Below are positions 1 to 8,901 of a stretch of DNA of 47,182 bases, piece by piece (position 1 is the stretch's first letter; each line of letters starts with the position of its first letter). The DNA comes from Nitrosopumilales archaeon (GTDB taxonomy: Archaea > Thermoproteota > Nitrososphaeria > Nitrososphaerales > Nitrososphaeraceae): contig JBIQJB010000018.1 of assembly GCA_044507735.1 (NCBI GenBank), positions 1-47,182 on the forward strand, given 5' to 3'. Both the position numbers and the translations under genes were made by a program. The notes under the pieces are model-generated. The model was not told the origin of the DNA. It saw only the letters and a program-made list of their open reading frames with translations, and did not search any database.

Positions 1-85
1 TAAAACCTGCCTATTAGATCATTACTGTTACACATCAACAATTAACAATGTATTTATTTGCCATTTCGCGACCCATCTCAAGCAT

Positions 86-928
86 ATGGTAGTTGACAAC
101 AAGGGCAAGATATCATATATCCAGATAATCAAGGAAGACCTCGCGATCTTCCACATTACGCCAGATAACGGCCAAGTGCCGGACTTTAAGGCGGGCCAGT
201 TTGTCACTCTTGGTCTACATGTACCAAGCGAGGGCAAGGTGATCCGCCGGGCCTACTCAATTGCCTCTCCGCCGGAGCAAAAAAAGCGCTTTGAATTGCT
301 CATCAGGTGGGTAAGGAAGCCAGTGCCCGGCAGGCTCACTACCGAACTGTTCAACAAGAAGGAAGGTGACGACATCATGTGGGTCAAGCCAACCGGCATT
401 TTCACGATAAACGAAAAGATGCCTGATGGAAGACCTGACAACCGCAGGATGGTCTTGATTGGCGGGGGAACTGGCCTTGCGCCTTTTATCTCGTATACTC
501 TGCACATGCACGCGATAGGCAGCAAGCGCGAAATAGTGGTACTCCATGGTGCCAGCTATGTTGACGAGCTCAGCTACAAGGATCTCTTAACTTCGCTCGA
601 AGAAGAGAGCCTCGACAAGGGTAGGGACAAGTGGAACTTCCGTTACCGTGCAAGCATCAGCAGGCCCCAGGAATGGTTCAACCGGAGCTGGAATGGTCAA
701 AAGGGTAGGGTTGAATCGTTCCTTCGACCAAAGGCCGGTAAGGATCTGTCGCCCTTGGAAGAACTTGTAGGAGAGAAAGTGACTCCTGAGAACACCTCGT
801 TTTACATCTGCGGGTGGCAAGGAACAGTCGACGGTGCACTGGACTACCTGATCCCAAAGGGCTTTGTTACCGAGCGCAATAAGCGCAAGGATGGAAGCTA
901 CGATATCAAATTCGAATCGTACGGCTAA
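86..928 (+). CDS. Ferredoxin/flavodoxin--NADP(+) reductase (FNR family)
   Basis: FAD-binding RAYSIAS, GRLT, NADP-binding GGGTGLAPF, YICG and C-terminal FESY motifs. Confidence 0.9.
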   Translation: MVVDNKGKISYIQIIKEDLAIFHITPDNGQVPDFKAGQFVTLGLHVPSEGKVIRRAYSIASPPEQKKRFELLIRWVRKPVPGRLTTELFNKKEGDDIMWVKPTGIFTINEKMPDGRPDNRRMVLIGGGTGLAPFISYTLHMHAIGSKREIVVLHGASYVDELSYKDLLTSLEEESLDKGRDKWNFRYRASISRPQEWFNRSWNGQKGRVESFLRPKAGKDLSPLEELVGEKVTPENTSFYICGWQGTVDGALDYLIPKGFVTERNKRKDGSYDIKFESYG

Positions 929-929
929 A

Positions 930-937
930 TTTTTTTT
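930..937 (+). terminator. Oligo-T tract just after the FNR stop (archaeal-type terminator candidate)
   Basis: Run of 8 T starting 1 nt after the TAA at 926-928. Confidence 0.4.
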
Positions 938-972
938 AAAGCCTTATATTTTCGTCAAATGAGGTTAGTGTA

Positions 973-1302
973 ATGAAGTTCGAATTCGAAGAATTTGCTA
1001 CTGTCGAGGATGTTTTCCTGTACTTGGTATCGGTCGCACCCTATATGAAGCAGGTGATGCCGATAAGCTCGTACAAGGGGTACATATTTTCAATTGTACC
1101 ACTGACCCCACTTTCGGGTGATATCTTGATGATGATTTACACAAAGGGTGCTCTTGAACCTGGCCTTGTTGAATTTGACGTGTCTACCAAAAAGTTCAAG
1201 CCCGTCTCCGCAGTCGAGCGCGCAGATAGGAACTACTTTATCGTACTTACTCCTAAAGTGGCGACACTTGCGGATGAGGCAATCAAAGCTCTGAAAGCCT
1301 AG
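973..1302 (+). CDS. Conserved hypothetical protein
   Basis: 109-aa ATG ORF with protein-like composition; AT-rich TATA-like stretch upstream; stop overlaps the convergent gene's stop. Confidence 0.75.
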   Translation: MKFEFEEFATVEDVFLYLVSVAPYMKQVMPISSYKGYIFSIVPLTPLSGDILMMIYTKGALEPGLVEFDVSTKKFKPVSAVERADRNYFIVLTPKVATLADEAIKALKA

Positions 1303-2882
1303 AGTCGGGGCGGCGCCGCTGCCGTCACGGACCTCTTGCGCGAGTATCTTTCGACGATATCTTCTGGAACCTGGCCATTGAACAGTTCTTTTGATAAGCC
1401 CCTGAGGTATCGCATGATTGCCCAGGTGCCTGCCTTGATAAGGGCTGCCATGAATACCTTCATTGCAGGCCCATAAGTCTTGTTCCTGATGATGATCGGG
1501 ATGATGTCGTTAATGACTCGCAGGTTGTGCTCCCAGCATCTCCAGAACAGTGTGAACTGGGCCTCGTTTAGGTTGCCAAAGTGCATGCTGTTCTTCTCCG
1601 AGAAGTCCTGATAGAGTAGCGGTGCTACCAGTCCTCTCATGTTGGTCTGTCTGAAATCGTCAATCAAGTCTATTGTGTACTGGGTTTCGTCTGGCGTTTC
1701 ATCTGGCCATCCGATGATGAGTGTGAGTGCGGGGAACCAGTTGTTCTGATTCAGCACCTTGCAGCCTTCTCTAACCACGGCTCCCCATTCTTCGGGCTGG
1801 AATGGTTTTGTCTTAACTCCGAGATGTTTCTTGACCATCCTCGGGGCAACAGTCTCGACTCCGAGGTTTGTAGCAAGCCACCTGCCGCCTGCCACATGCA
1901 TTTCGTTTACCTCAGACATCTTTTTGATGAGATCTGGCGAGGATGCAACTGCAGAAAGCGTCATATGCGTCGTGCCGACAAAGCGCGCACCTGTTGACTT
2001 GAGGCCTTTCCAGAGGCCAAGTATTGCATCCGCGTTTGGCACAAAGTCCTTGTTATCGCAGCCATAGAGAAGCATCTCGTCAGACTGAAGCCATATGGAG
2101 TCAAAGCCATAGTCTAGGTTCATCTTGGCCTCCTTCTGCAGTCGCTCAAGTGGGAAGTCCTTCTTTGAGCGCTTGTTAACATCACAAAAGTCGCATCCAC
2201 GGCCGCAGCCACGCATTGCTTCAATAAGCGAGTTGATTGTCGGACCCTGCATCATGGGAACGTTGTCGATATTGCGAACAAACGTGTGCAAGAGTTCCGG
2301 CGCGTCCCCTGCTTCAAGATCGTGGAAAAGGTCAAGCGCCAGCTCGTCTGCCTCGCCAATAACGACCGTATCTATCCCGTGAATCTTCATCCTATCGGGC
2401 TTGGCGAGTTCCCACGAACCGTTGCCTCCCACAACCACTTTGAAATTGTACTCCTTCTTGAGCTGAATTATGGAAGCGCACATTTTCTTGAATTTCATGG
2501 CTACGTACGATAGCTTCTCAGGCGACATTGTTGTAGTGACAGGTGCCATGCCTAGCGGATCCATCACGTTAATGCCGACCACCTTTGTTTCTGGGCCTAT
2601 GCACTTGTCGAGCATTTCTGGATGTGCGATAAATACTTCGTCACGCTTGTACTCCTTTAGAAGCGCGCCTTCTATCCTCCTCAAACCACACTGGGCGACT
2701 TTGACTTCACCGGTGTTCGGGTCGGTCTCTACACTCGGACAAAATAATTTGTCGAAAACAAATTCTGGAACTAGTTCGTATGGGCCGCAAGCGATGAAGC
2801 CATATAGGAAGTTCCCCCTGTAGTTCGTCATCAAGCTGCGGTCAGCAGTCAAAACTATACGTTTGCCGCCTGATTCTACCAT
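1299..2882 (-). CDS. B12-binding-domain radical SAM protein; GDGT ring synthase (GrsA/GrsB) homologue
   Basis: CxxxCxxC (CGRGCDFC); cobalamin-binding-like region (VVVGG, VVIGEAD); N-terminal IVLTAD...GFIAC...GLRRIE pattern typical of Grs-family proteins; 527 aa. Confidence 0.8.
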   Translation of the reverse strand: MVESGGKRIVLTADRSLMTNYRGNFLYGFIACGPYELVPEFVFDKLFCPSVETDPNTGEVKVAQCGLRRIEGALLKEYKRDEVFIAHPEMLDKCIGPETKVVGINVMDPLGMAPVTTTMSPEKLSYVAMKFKKMCASIIQLKKEYNFKVVVGGNGSWELAKPDRMKIHGIDTVVIGEADELALDLFHDLEAGDAPELLHTFVRNIDNVPMMQGPTINSLIEAMRGCGRGCDFCDVNKRSKKDFPLERLQKEAKMNLDYGFDSIWLQSDEMLLYGCDNKDFVPNADAILGLWKGLKSTGARFVGTTHMTLSAVASSPDLIKKMSEVNEMHVAGGRWLATNLGVETVAPRMVKKHLGVKTKPFQPEEWGAVVREGCKVLNQNNWFPALTLIIGWPDETPDETQYTIDLIDDFRQTNMRGLVAPLLYQDFSEKNSMHFGNLNEAQFTLFWRCWEHNLRVINDIIPIIIRNKTYGPAMKVFMAALIKAGTWAIMRYLRGLSKELFNGQVPEDIVERYSRKRSVTAAAPPRL

Positions 2883-2892
2883 GCTACGTGTA

Positions 2893-2921
2893 TCACCTTA
2901 ACGAGCGCGTATGGCTATAAA
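2893..2921 (-). promoter_or_regulatory. TATA box and Shine-Dalgarno for the grs-like gene
   Basis: On the minus strand, TTTATA (2916-2921) about 35 nt upstream and AAGGTGA (2893-2899) about 10 nt upstream of the ATG. Confidence 0.55.
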
Positions 2922-3092
2922 TCTATTTTCATTCGATTAATACGGTGATTATAAGAAAATCTGCCCCGCAAAGGACCGACAAGGAAAACATTTCGATGCC
3001 ATATAATCCGTGGGAAAATTTGTACGAAATTACAGCTAAATTCTAGTCGTTTCTTCTATTCCTCTTAATTACTATGTTCTGCGGCTCCGGAC

Positions 3093-3359
3093 ATGGCAAA
3101 AACAGAGGCAATCTTCATAGGCGGTTCGATAGCTATAGGCGCCGCAATTCTTGGGGTACTTTTCTTGCTATACCCTGATTTCATGTTTGCCCCTAGTGCC
3201 TCTAGCTCTGGAACAGAGGTAACAGGATCTGCGGAAACGCCACTCGTCTCACCGCAAGACGAGACAACAACGATTGCAGAGGACACTCCCTCCACCACTG
3301 ACAATACTACAAACAGTACAAGCCAAGATTCGACGGCATCCTATAGCGCTACTCAATAG
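3093..3359 (+). CDS. Small single-pass membrane protein with Ser/Thr-rich tail
   Basis: N-terminal hydrophobic helix followed by a low-complexity S/T/D tail with NTT/NST sequons. Confidence 0.7.
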   Translation: MAKTEAIFIGGSIAIGAAILGVLFLLYPDFMFAPSASSSGTEVTGSAETPLVSPQDETTTIAEDTPSTTDNTTNSTSQDSTASYSATQ

Positions 3360-3456
3360 CCAGCAGCCAACCTACGAGAGCAACAAAACAAACACAATAT
3401 TTCGTAATTGTCCATGACTAGCGTTTTATGCTGCGTCAAAAAAATGGGAATAACAA

Positions 3457-3909
3457 TTAGTAAAGGCCTTTCCTGTGACCCTTTGAGAGGATGAGCTTGA
3501 GCTTGGCATGGTCGAGCATGTTTAGGGCGTCTGCCAAGGTTGCCCACTTGAAATCGGCATGCTCTTCCGATATCTTCACTTCGCGCGTAGGAGTTGTTGC
3601 AAAGTAAAATATGACTTCCTTTTCGGATTTCATCCCGTCGCCCCGGAAATATGAATAGTTTATCTTACCAATATACGAATGAATGTCTAGGTCCTTGATG
3701 CCAGTTTCTTCAAACACCTCGCGGATAAGTGTTTGTATCTCGCTCTCGCCCTTTTCCTTGTGACCCTGTGGAAATCCCCAGAAGCCGCGCCTGTTCTTTA
3801 ATAGCAAGAATTCAGATGATGCACTGTCACCCTGCAGAGAATTCTGGTACTTGATAACTGCTCCTATAGATTGCTCAAGAGCCACGCTATATCGACTAGC
3901 CAGTGGCAA
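3457..3909 (-). CDS. NUDIX hydrolase (Ap4A hydrolase-like)
   Basis: Nudix box GHKEKGESEIQTLIREVFEETG and SEEH motif; true start may be the GTG at 3885. Confidence 0.88.
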   Translation of the reverse strand: MPLASRYSVALEQSIGAVIKYQNSLQGDSASSEFLLLKNRRGFWGFPQGHKEKGESEIQTLIREVFEETGIKDLDIHSYIGKINYSYFRGDGMKSEKEVIFYFATTPTREVKISEEHADFKWATLADALNMLDHAKLKLILSKGHRKGLY

Positions 3910-3969
3910 TTATAATATTGTTTTTCTGCTTAAAGGTATTAATATCGTTCCAGAACCCTGAGTCTTACA

Positions 3970-4043
3970 GGGCCGGTCGTCTAGTCCGGTAGGATACGGC
4001 ATTGGCATTGCTGAGGTCGTGGGTTCAAATCCCACCCGGTCCA
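3970..4043 (+). tRNA. tRNA-Ala(GGC)
   Basis: Cloverleaf: acceptor GGGCCGG/CCGGTCC with G3:U70 Ala identity pair; anticodon arm CGGCA-TTGGCAT-TGCTG; T arm GTGGG-TTCAAAT-CCCAC; discriminator A. Confidence 0.95.
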
Positions 4044-4555
4044 CTCTCTATTCCTACCAGCTCTTCGGTGATTTCGAAGATAGTTCTCTTCTTGCTTATG
4101 ATCTGGTATTTTCTGAAAAAGGCCCTTTTAGCCGGGTCATACCCGATTTCAAGTATCTTTCTGTATGTTTCAAGCTGTGAGTTTGCAATTATTGTACCAA
4201 TGCCTGACTCTTGCCGCCTGATCTGGCCAACTATCCTTGCCGGCAGGTTGTGGACGAAAACCTTACTTCGCGCCCTGATCAGCGTCTTGCCCGAATCATT
4301 TACGATAATCGAGTGCCTTATGATTGTCTCGGCATTTTCTTTTTGCTCTATCACCTTTACCTTTATGGCGGATCCAGCAAGAATGCTGAGGACCTGCTCT
4401 ACGGTGCCAGTCTCTGCAATCAGAATCTTTTGAGCCAATCCCAGTCGTGTGCCTGTCTTATCTTCTAGCTCTGATATTGTCTTTAGCATCAAGCTGCCAA
4501 AGTCAACCTTTTTCAGGACGGTGCGTGCCATACGACAAGTATCTGCAAGGATCAT
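4025..4555 (-). CDS. Chorismate pyruvate-lyase-like (DUF98/UbiC-like) protein
   Basis: QKILIAETGTVEQVL, ARS and IGTII pattern of archaeal DUF98 proteins; start overlaps the upstream stop (ATGA). Confidence 0.7.
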   Translation of the reverse strand: MILADTCRMARTVLKKVDFGSLMLKTISELEDKTGTRLGLAQKILIAETGTVEQVLSILAGSAIKVKVIEQKENAETIIRHSIIVNDSGKTLIRARSKVFVHNLPARIVGQIRRQESGIGTIIANSQLETYRKILEIGYDPAKRAFFRKYQIISKKRTIFEITEELVGIESGPGGI

Positions 4556-5262
4556 GAAAAGATTATCCTAAATGCCAGCATTGTCAATGCGAATGCTGTG
4601 GTGCCGAGGCTGATAGCCTTCAAGCCCTTCTCTAGCTTTTTGGCGTATGGATGATCTCCTCTTTCTCGTTTCATCTGCTTGTATGGCCTGGACATCCGTA
4701 TCTCCGCATAGCTGACGATACTAGCCACGCCGGCTGAAGCCAGAGCAACTACACTTATGGTATTTGTTTGCATGATATATCCCGCGAGTAGCGGCAACGC
4801 CCCCCACGATAATGCAAACCAAAAATTGTTGTGGAACCGGCCGCCGAAAGTTTCAAAGTTGTATGCGAACAGGAAAAAGCCTTCGAGTACAGCAATTGCC
4901 GCCAGTAATGGGACAAAGAAGACGATATAGTATACTCCAATGGCATAAGCGGATACGAGGGTTCCTATCATCAGCACGATCAACTGTGTTCTGGCAAAGT
5001 AGCTGCCCCATGGCTTGACTTTTCTAGAACCGAGGCTATCTGCCACATGTGCTGAGATGCCCAAAGCCAGAAAATAGATGAGTGCTATTGCACCCACTCT
5101 CTCCCAGACGATATCCTCAGCAAGCATCGAGCCCACAATCGTAAACGATATACACATGCCTGTATAGGGTAGAAAAAGCAGGCCTACGAAAACGCGAAAT
5201 CTTGTGGGGCCGAACTTGGGGACAAACCACTCATTGATCCGTGCTTCTTTAGTTGTTGTCAT
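4552..5262 (-). CDS. Polytopic membrane protein, divergent UbiA prenyltransferase superfamily
   Basis: About 7-8 TM helices, LPYT motif, AHVAD in place of NDxxD, AYN and WGALP motifs; ATGA-coupled to both neighbours. Confidence 0.6.
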   Translation of the reverse strand: MTTTKEARINEWFVPKFGPTRFRVFVGLLFLPYTGMCISFTIVGSMLAEDIVWERVGAIALIYFLALGISAHVADSLGSRKVKPWGSYFARTQLIVLMIGTLVSAYAIGVYYIVFFVPLLAAIAVLEGFFLFAYNFETFGGRFHNNFWFALSWGALPLLAGYIMQTNTISVVALASAGVASIVSYAEIRMSRPYKQMKRERGDHPYAKKLEKGLKAISLGTTAFALTMLAFRIIFS

Positions 5263-5930
5263 GGCTTTTCCGCAGACACTATAGCTACTGTGCCTCCTGT
5301 GTAGTACCTGCAGCTGACATGATGAAATCCGCTAGCGTAAAGTGCACTTCTTGTATTTTCGACCCACTCAGAATGTTTGATGACATCATCCAGCTGATCA
5401 AAAACCGTTTTCCATGAGGTGACAATTCTGCCAACTGCTCTGAGTATTGCAAAGTAGGTATTCCACATACTGCGCATTATGCCGCCAGGATAAGTAAAAT
5501 CATGGAAGACTACCACGCCTCCGGGCACAAGTACACGCCAGCACTCTCTGACAACCGTTTGGATGTCAACATATTTTGCCAGATATGACGATACAACGGC
5601 ATCGAATGAATCATTTCTATAAGGCAGAACTTCGGCTGTGCCCTGCGCAACATCTGTGGTGACTTTGTGCCTCGACGCGCGAAGATACTCGAAGACAAGG
5701 TCGATGCCAGTAACACTTTTGCCTGCTCTTATCAGCATCGAGGAAAGGATGCCCGTTCCACAGGCAAGTTCAAGCACAGAGTTCCTGTCGCCGACCGACC
5801 TTGTGATCTCGTGTTTCCAGGTGGAATCTTGGCCAAAGGTCGTCATGCGGACGATGCTGTCGTAGCTAGCTGCATTTACAGGGGTGAAGAACCTCCTTGC
5901 GCTTGCGTGGCCCTCGTGAACCAACATCAT
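5259..5930 (-). CDS. Class I SAM methyltransferase, UbiE/MenG-like
   Basis: YD...TFGQD..WK, VLELACGTG, AEVLPY..SFDAV, RVLVPGG and C-terminal TGGTVAI motifs. Confidence 0.85.
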   Translation of the reverse strand: MMLVHEGHASARRFFTPVNAASYDSIVRMTTFGQDSTWKHEITRSVGDRNSVLELACGTGILSSMLIRAGKSVTGIDLVFEYLRASRHKVTTDVAQGTAEVLPYRNDSFDAVVSSYLAKYVDIQTVVRECWRVLVPGGVVVFHDFTYPGGIMRSMWNTYFAILRAVGRIVTSWKTVFDQLDDVIKHSEWVENTRSALYASGFHHVSCRYYTGGTVAIVSAEKP

Positions 5931-5994
5931 GTTCTCATATGGTCACACTTGCTATTATGCATTGAAAAAAGTAAATCAATGCCTATGTGCCAAT

Positions 5995-6705
5995 ATGTAT
6001 AGCTTGTACTTTGTAAACTGGCAGCGGGAAATCTCTGTAGAGGAAGTGAACGGTCAGAAGGTGGTGGTAAAGCGGAACAAGCCCACCAAAGAGTTCAATG
6101 AATTCCTGATAATTTCTGCCTATTCTCTCATCTCAATATTGCTGGCTCATCCATCACCGCCACCACTGTTCAGTGAAATCATGCGAAATGAAGGTCGTGA
6201 GATGCGCAAGAACTTGGAGAAAATGGGGATATCCACACCTGAACTGATTTCAATTTCAGACTCTTACCTCGTCGAAGAATATGTCGAGGGAGGCGACCTC
6301 TATAAGGCCCTAATTTCGGGTCGGCCTGCTTCACTTGCCTTCGGGGCAGGATGCCTGACTGGAAGAATGCACAAGGCAGGATACGCATTTGTAGACAACA
6401 AGGCGCAAAATTATCTTGTCAGGGGAGATACCGTCGTCAGAACTGACCTTGGATTTATACAAAGGAGCAACAGCTCGTATGCAAGAAGCATGGACATCGG
6501 TTCGTTCCTTGCCAGCATTATGGATCTGGATAGGTATCGAGAAATTGAAAAGGCATTTTTCGACGGCTATGTCTCAGAGTCTGGGCGCAAGTTCTCCTAT
6601 ATCTCGATAGTCATACGCAATCTCCTCTCGCTTGGCTTTTCGTCTGACAGCCGAACTACGATCAAAAATATGATGATTGACGCTACTCCTCTGATAGATG
6701 CCTAG
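5995..6705 (+). CDS. Atypical protein-kinase-like protein (Bud32/RIO/Kdo-kinase fold)
   Basis: VVVK lysine, EEYVEGG hinge, MH..G..FVDNKAQN catalytic loop, DLG metal-binding loop; start uncertain (ORF open from 5929). Confidence 0.7.
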   Translation: MYSLYFVNWQREISVEEVNGQKVVVKRNKPTKEFNEFLIISAYSLISILLAHPSPPPLFSEIMRNEGREMRKNLEKMGISTPELISISDSYLVEEYVEGGDLYKALISGRPASLAFGAGCLTGRMHKAGYAFVDNKAQNYLVRGDTVVRTDLGFIQRSNSSYARSMDIGSFLASIMDLDRYREIEKAFFDGYVSESGRKFSYISIVIRNLLSLGFSSDSRTTIKNMMIDATPLIDA

Positions 6706-7097
6706 ACTGGCGGCAATTCCGCCTTTCTATCAAAGCCGCCCGACCCGAATTTGCAGTAAAAGCACTGGTCAGACTGCATGTAAGTCAGCTTTTGAATCGA
6801 AATCGCGCCCAACTTCAGAGCGACTTTGGTCATAAGACGGTACTTCAACGGCATAGAGGGGATGACTTCGTTGAAATATACATCATAGTGATCGGGACAG
6901 AATTTCAGCTTGACCTGTGCCCTCTGTCTGAAATCCTCTGAGACCTCCTTGTTATTTTCGCTCACCGTCTTTGCGACATTGATCTGTTCTCTGATGTACT
7001 CGTGCTTGGGGCAGGGGCAATCCTTGCCACCTGGATGCTTGTAGGCTGGGGTGTTTTTCCAGTCAAAGTCTGGAAAATCCCTTTCAAAATCATCCAT
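6702..7097 (-). CDS. Hypothetical protein, probable metal-binding
   Basis: CPCPKH, CPDH and CFYC motifs; TATA-like TTTATAA upstream on the minus strand. Confidence 0.7.
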   Translation of the reverse strand: MDDFERDFPDFDWKNTPAYKHPGGKDCPCPKHEYIREQINVAKTVSENNKEVSEDFRQRAQVKLKFCPDHYDVYFNEVIPSMPLKYRLMTKVALKLGAISIQKLTYMQSDQCFYCKFGSGGFDRKAELPPV

Positions 7098-7383
7098 CGC
7101 TGACCTACACTACGCGCATTGCTCTTATAAAGATGTAGGGATCCCTTGTCGAGCAGGAAAAATCGCCATTTCTGAATGTCTTCAAGAACACCCGCCAAAT
7201 CTACTTCTTATTGCCTTAATGGTGAATGTTTTCGACCAATTCCTGCTTATTTTCAGCTTCATGCGACAAAGTAGGGACTAACTATGGGTCTGCGGAACTC
7301 AAAAATGTATATCGATTACCTTTACATAGGTGTTCAGAATGACAAAAAATATATTTTTGGTATTATAACAGTCGGTCAGTAAC

Positions 7384-8364
7384 GTGGTACGAGACAGTGA
7401 CAATGGTGGCAGCATAATATTGACAGCAACAACCGCGAACGGCAACGCCGACGATCCTAATCTCAAGACTCTTCAAGAATTCAAGAAGACTGTTATCGAA
7501 GAGCAAAAGGCAGGAGAGAAGAGAATCGATGAGATCAATGCCCAGCTGGAAGCGGTCAAGAAGCAGATAGATGAAGAGAGAAAGCAGCTTGATGAGCACC
7601 GCTCAAAGCTAAAGCAGATCAATGAGGAAAAGGACATTGAATACCCCAAGTTCGTAGAGCTAAGGAACAGCTTGATAGAGGCCAAGAACCAGATGAGGAA
7701 TCTGGATGATAAGGTAGGTCCCGCAACTGCGAAATCCAGAAAGGAACGCGCAGATTTGCATAACTTGCACAAGATGCTTGAACAGATTGAGCGAGATATC
7801 CAGACCAAGAAGCTGTCAAAGGAGGAAGAGCGCAAGCTGGTGGCTAGGTCGAAAGAGATTGCTACCAAGCTACACGCCCTTAAAATGAGGGATAAGAAAC
7901 GAGACCAGTATGACGTAATGTCGGCGCAGTACGACCAGTTAAAGAATCAGGTCAAGCAGATTTTCAGACTAAAAGAAGAGTATGGCAACAAGATAGGCAA
8001 ACTGAAAGAAAGCCTAGACAATCTTATCAACCAGCGTGAAAGCCTCTATGAGGAACGCAGACAGGTTATCCATACAGTCAGAGAAGCCGGCGCAAAGCTA
8101 GAGATGATTGAAACTCAATTGAATGCAATAGCATTCAAGAAATCTCGTATGCAGGCCGCTGAGCATCGTCAAAGAAGGCAGAAAGAGATGGATGATAGAC
8201 GTGTCGCAAGGCAGGAGGCAATACAAGAACGCGTCAAGAGGGACAAGGAATACCAAGAAAGATGGAACGCCTTAAAGGAAGCAGCGCTGAAGAAGATGTC
8301 CAGTGGCGAAAAGCTAACATTTGACGAAATGAAGCTCATATTCGGCGACTCTAATTCTGATTAA
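7384..8364 (+). CDS. Archaeal coiled-coil protein (COG1340-like)
   Basis: E/K/R/Q-rich heptads; IQTKKLSKEEERKLV and C-terminal GEKLTFDEM motifs. Confidence 0.8.
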   Translation: MVRDSDNGGSIILTATTANGNADDPNLKTLQEFKKTVIEEQKAGEKRIDEINAQLEAVKKQIDEERKQLDEHRSKLKQINEEKDIEYPKFVELRNSLIEAKNQMRNLDDKVGPATAKSRKERADLHNLHKMLEQIERDIQTKKLSKEEERKLVARSKEIATKLHALKMRDKKRDQYDVMSAQYDQLKNQVKQIFRLKEEYGNKIGKLKESLDNLINQRESLYEERRQVIHTVREAGAKLEMIETQLNAIAFKKSRMQAAEHRQRRQKEMDDRRVARQEAIQERVKRDKEYQERWNALKEAALKKMSSGEKLTFDEMKLIFGDSNSD

Positions 8365-8405
8365 TTGAGATACGTTTTTGTGGAAGGCAATTGTAACCTC
8401 AAGAG

Positions 8406-8669
8406 ATGGCACAGGACAGGATAGAATACGCCGGCAAGGTCTATGTCTATAGCAGCGGGATGCCTGCAGATCATGTGCAGCTGGCAAAGGAGAAGCTTGC
8501 TGATTACGGGGTAAACGAGAACGACATCGAAGTCATCGAGGTCCCCGAAGGTGTGCCGGAGGGTTGCATAATGGTAACAGTATGGCCGCATTACTTGTCA
8601 GTTGCGAAAGTCAAGCGAGTAAGAGAAGGTTCCATCTATGCACCACAGCTGTTCAACATTCAGATCTAG
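8406..8669 (+). CDS. Hypothetical protein
   Basis: 87-aa ATG ORF co-oriented 41 nt after the coiled-coil gene; globular-protein-like composition. Confidence 0.7.
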   Translation: MAQDRIEYAGKVYVYSSGMPADHVQLAKEKLADYGVNENDIEVIEVPEGVPEGCIMVTVWPHYLSVAKVKRVREGSIYAPQLFNIQI

Positions 8670-8711
8670 AACCCAAAACATTAAATCTTCTGTACGTGCA
8701 TTCCCGTACGG

Positions 8712-8852
8712 ATGTTGACGTTCTTTTGCAAGCGTGAGCGCCACGGCGACTGCCCTGGTGAATGGCCGGTGGGAGAAGCCTGCGGGCCTGACCATGATTG
8801 CTCGTTTGATATGAAGATGGTTAAGTGCGAGTGTGGATGTCACAAGGGATAA
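8712..8852 (+). CDS. Unannotated 46-aa Cys/His-rich microprotein
   Basis: Manual translation MLTFFCKRERHGDCPGEWPVGEACGPDHDCSFDMKMVKCECGCHKG*; ATTAAAT TATA-like box at 8680-8686. Confidence 0.7.
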   Translation: MLTFFCKRERHGDCPGEWPVGEACGPDHDCSFDMKMVKCECGCHKG

Positions 8853-8901
8853 CTACCTTTAGTCCGCGCTATCTGAACTTCTTTAAAGAGTAATCTCCTC
8901 A

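Noticed and set aside
4002-4433. 143-aa plus-strand ORF starting inside tRNA-Ala
   Set aside because: Antisense shadow of the DUF98-like gene and overlaps the tRNA
7384-8364. Coiled-coil protein as an SMC/Rad50 or defence ATPase
   Set aside because: No Walker A/B or signature motif; matches the ordinary archaeal coiled-coil family
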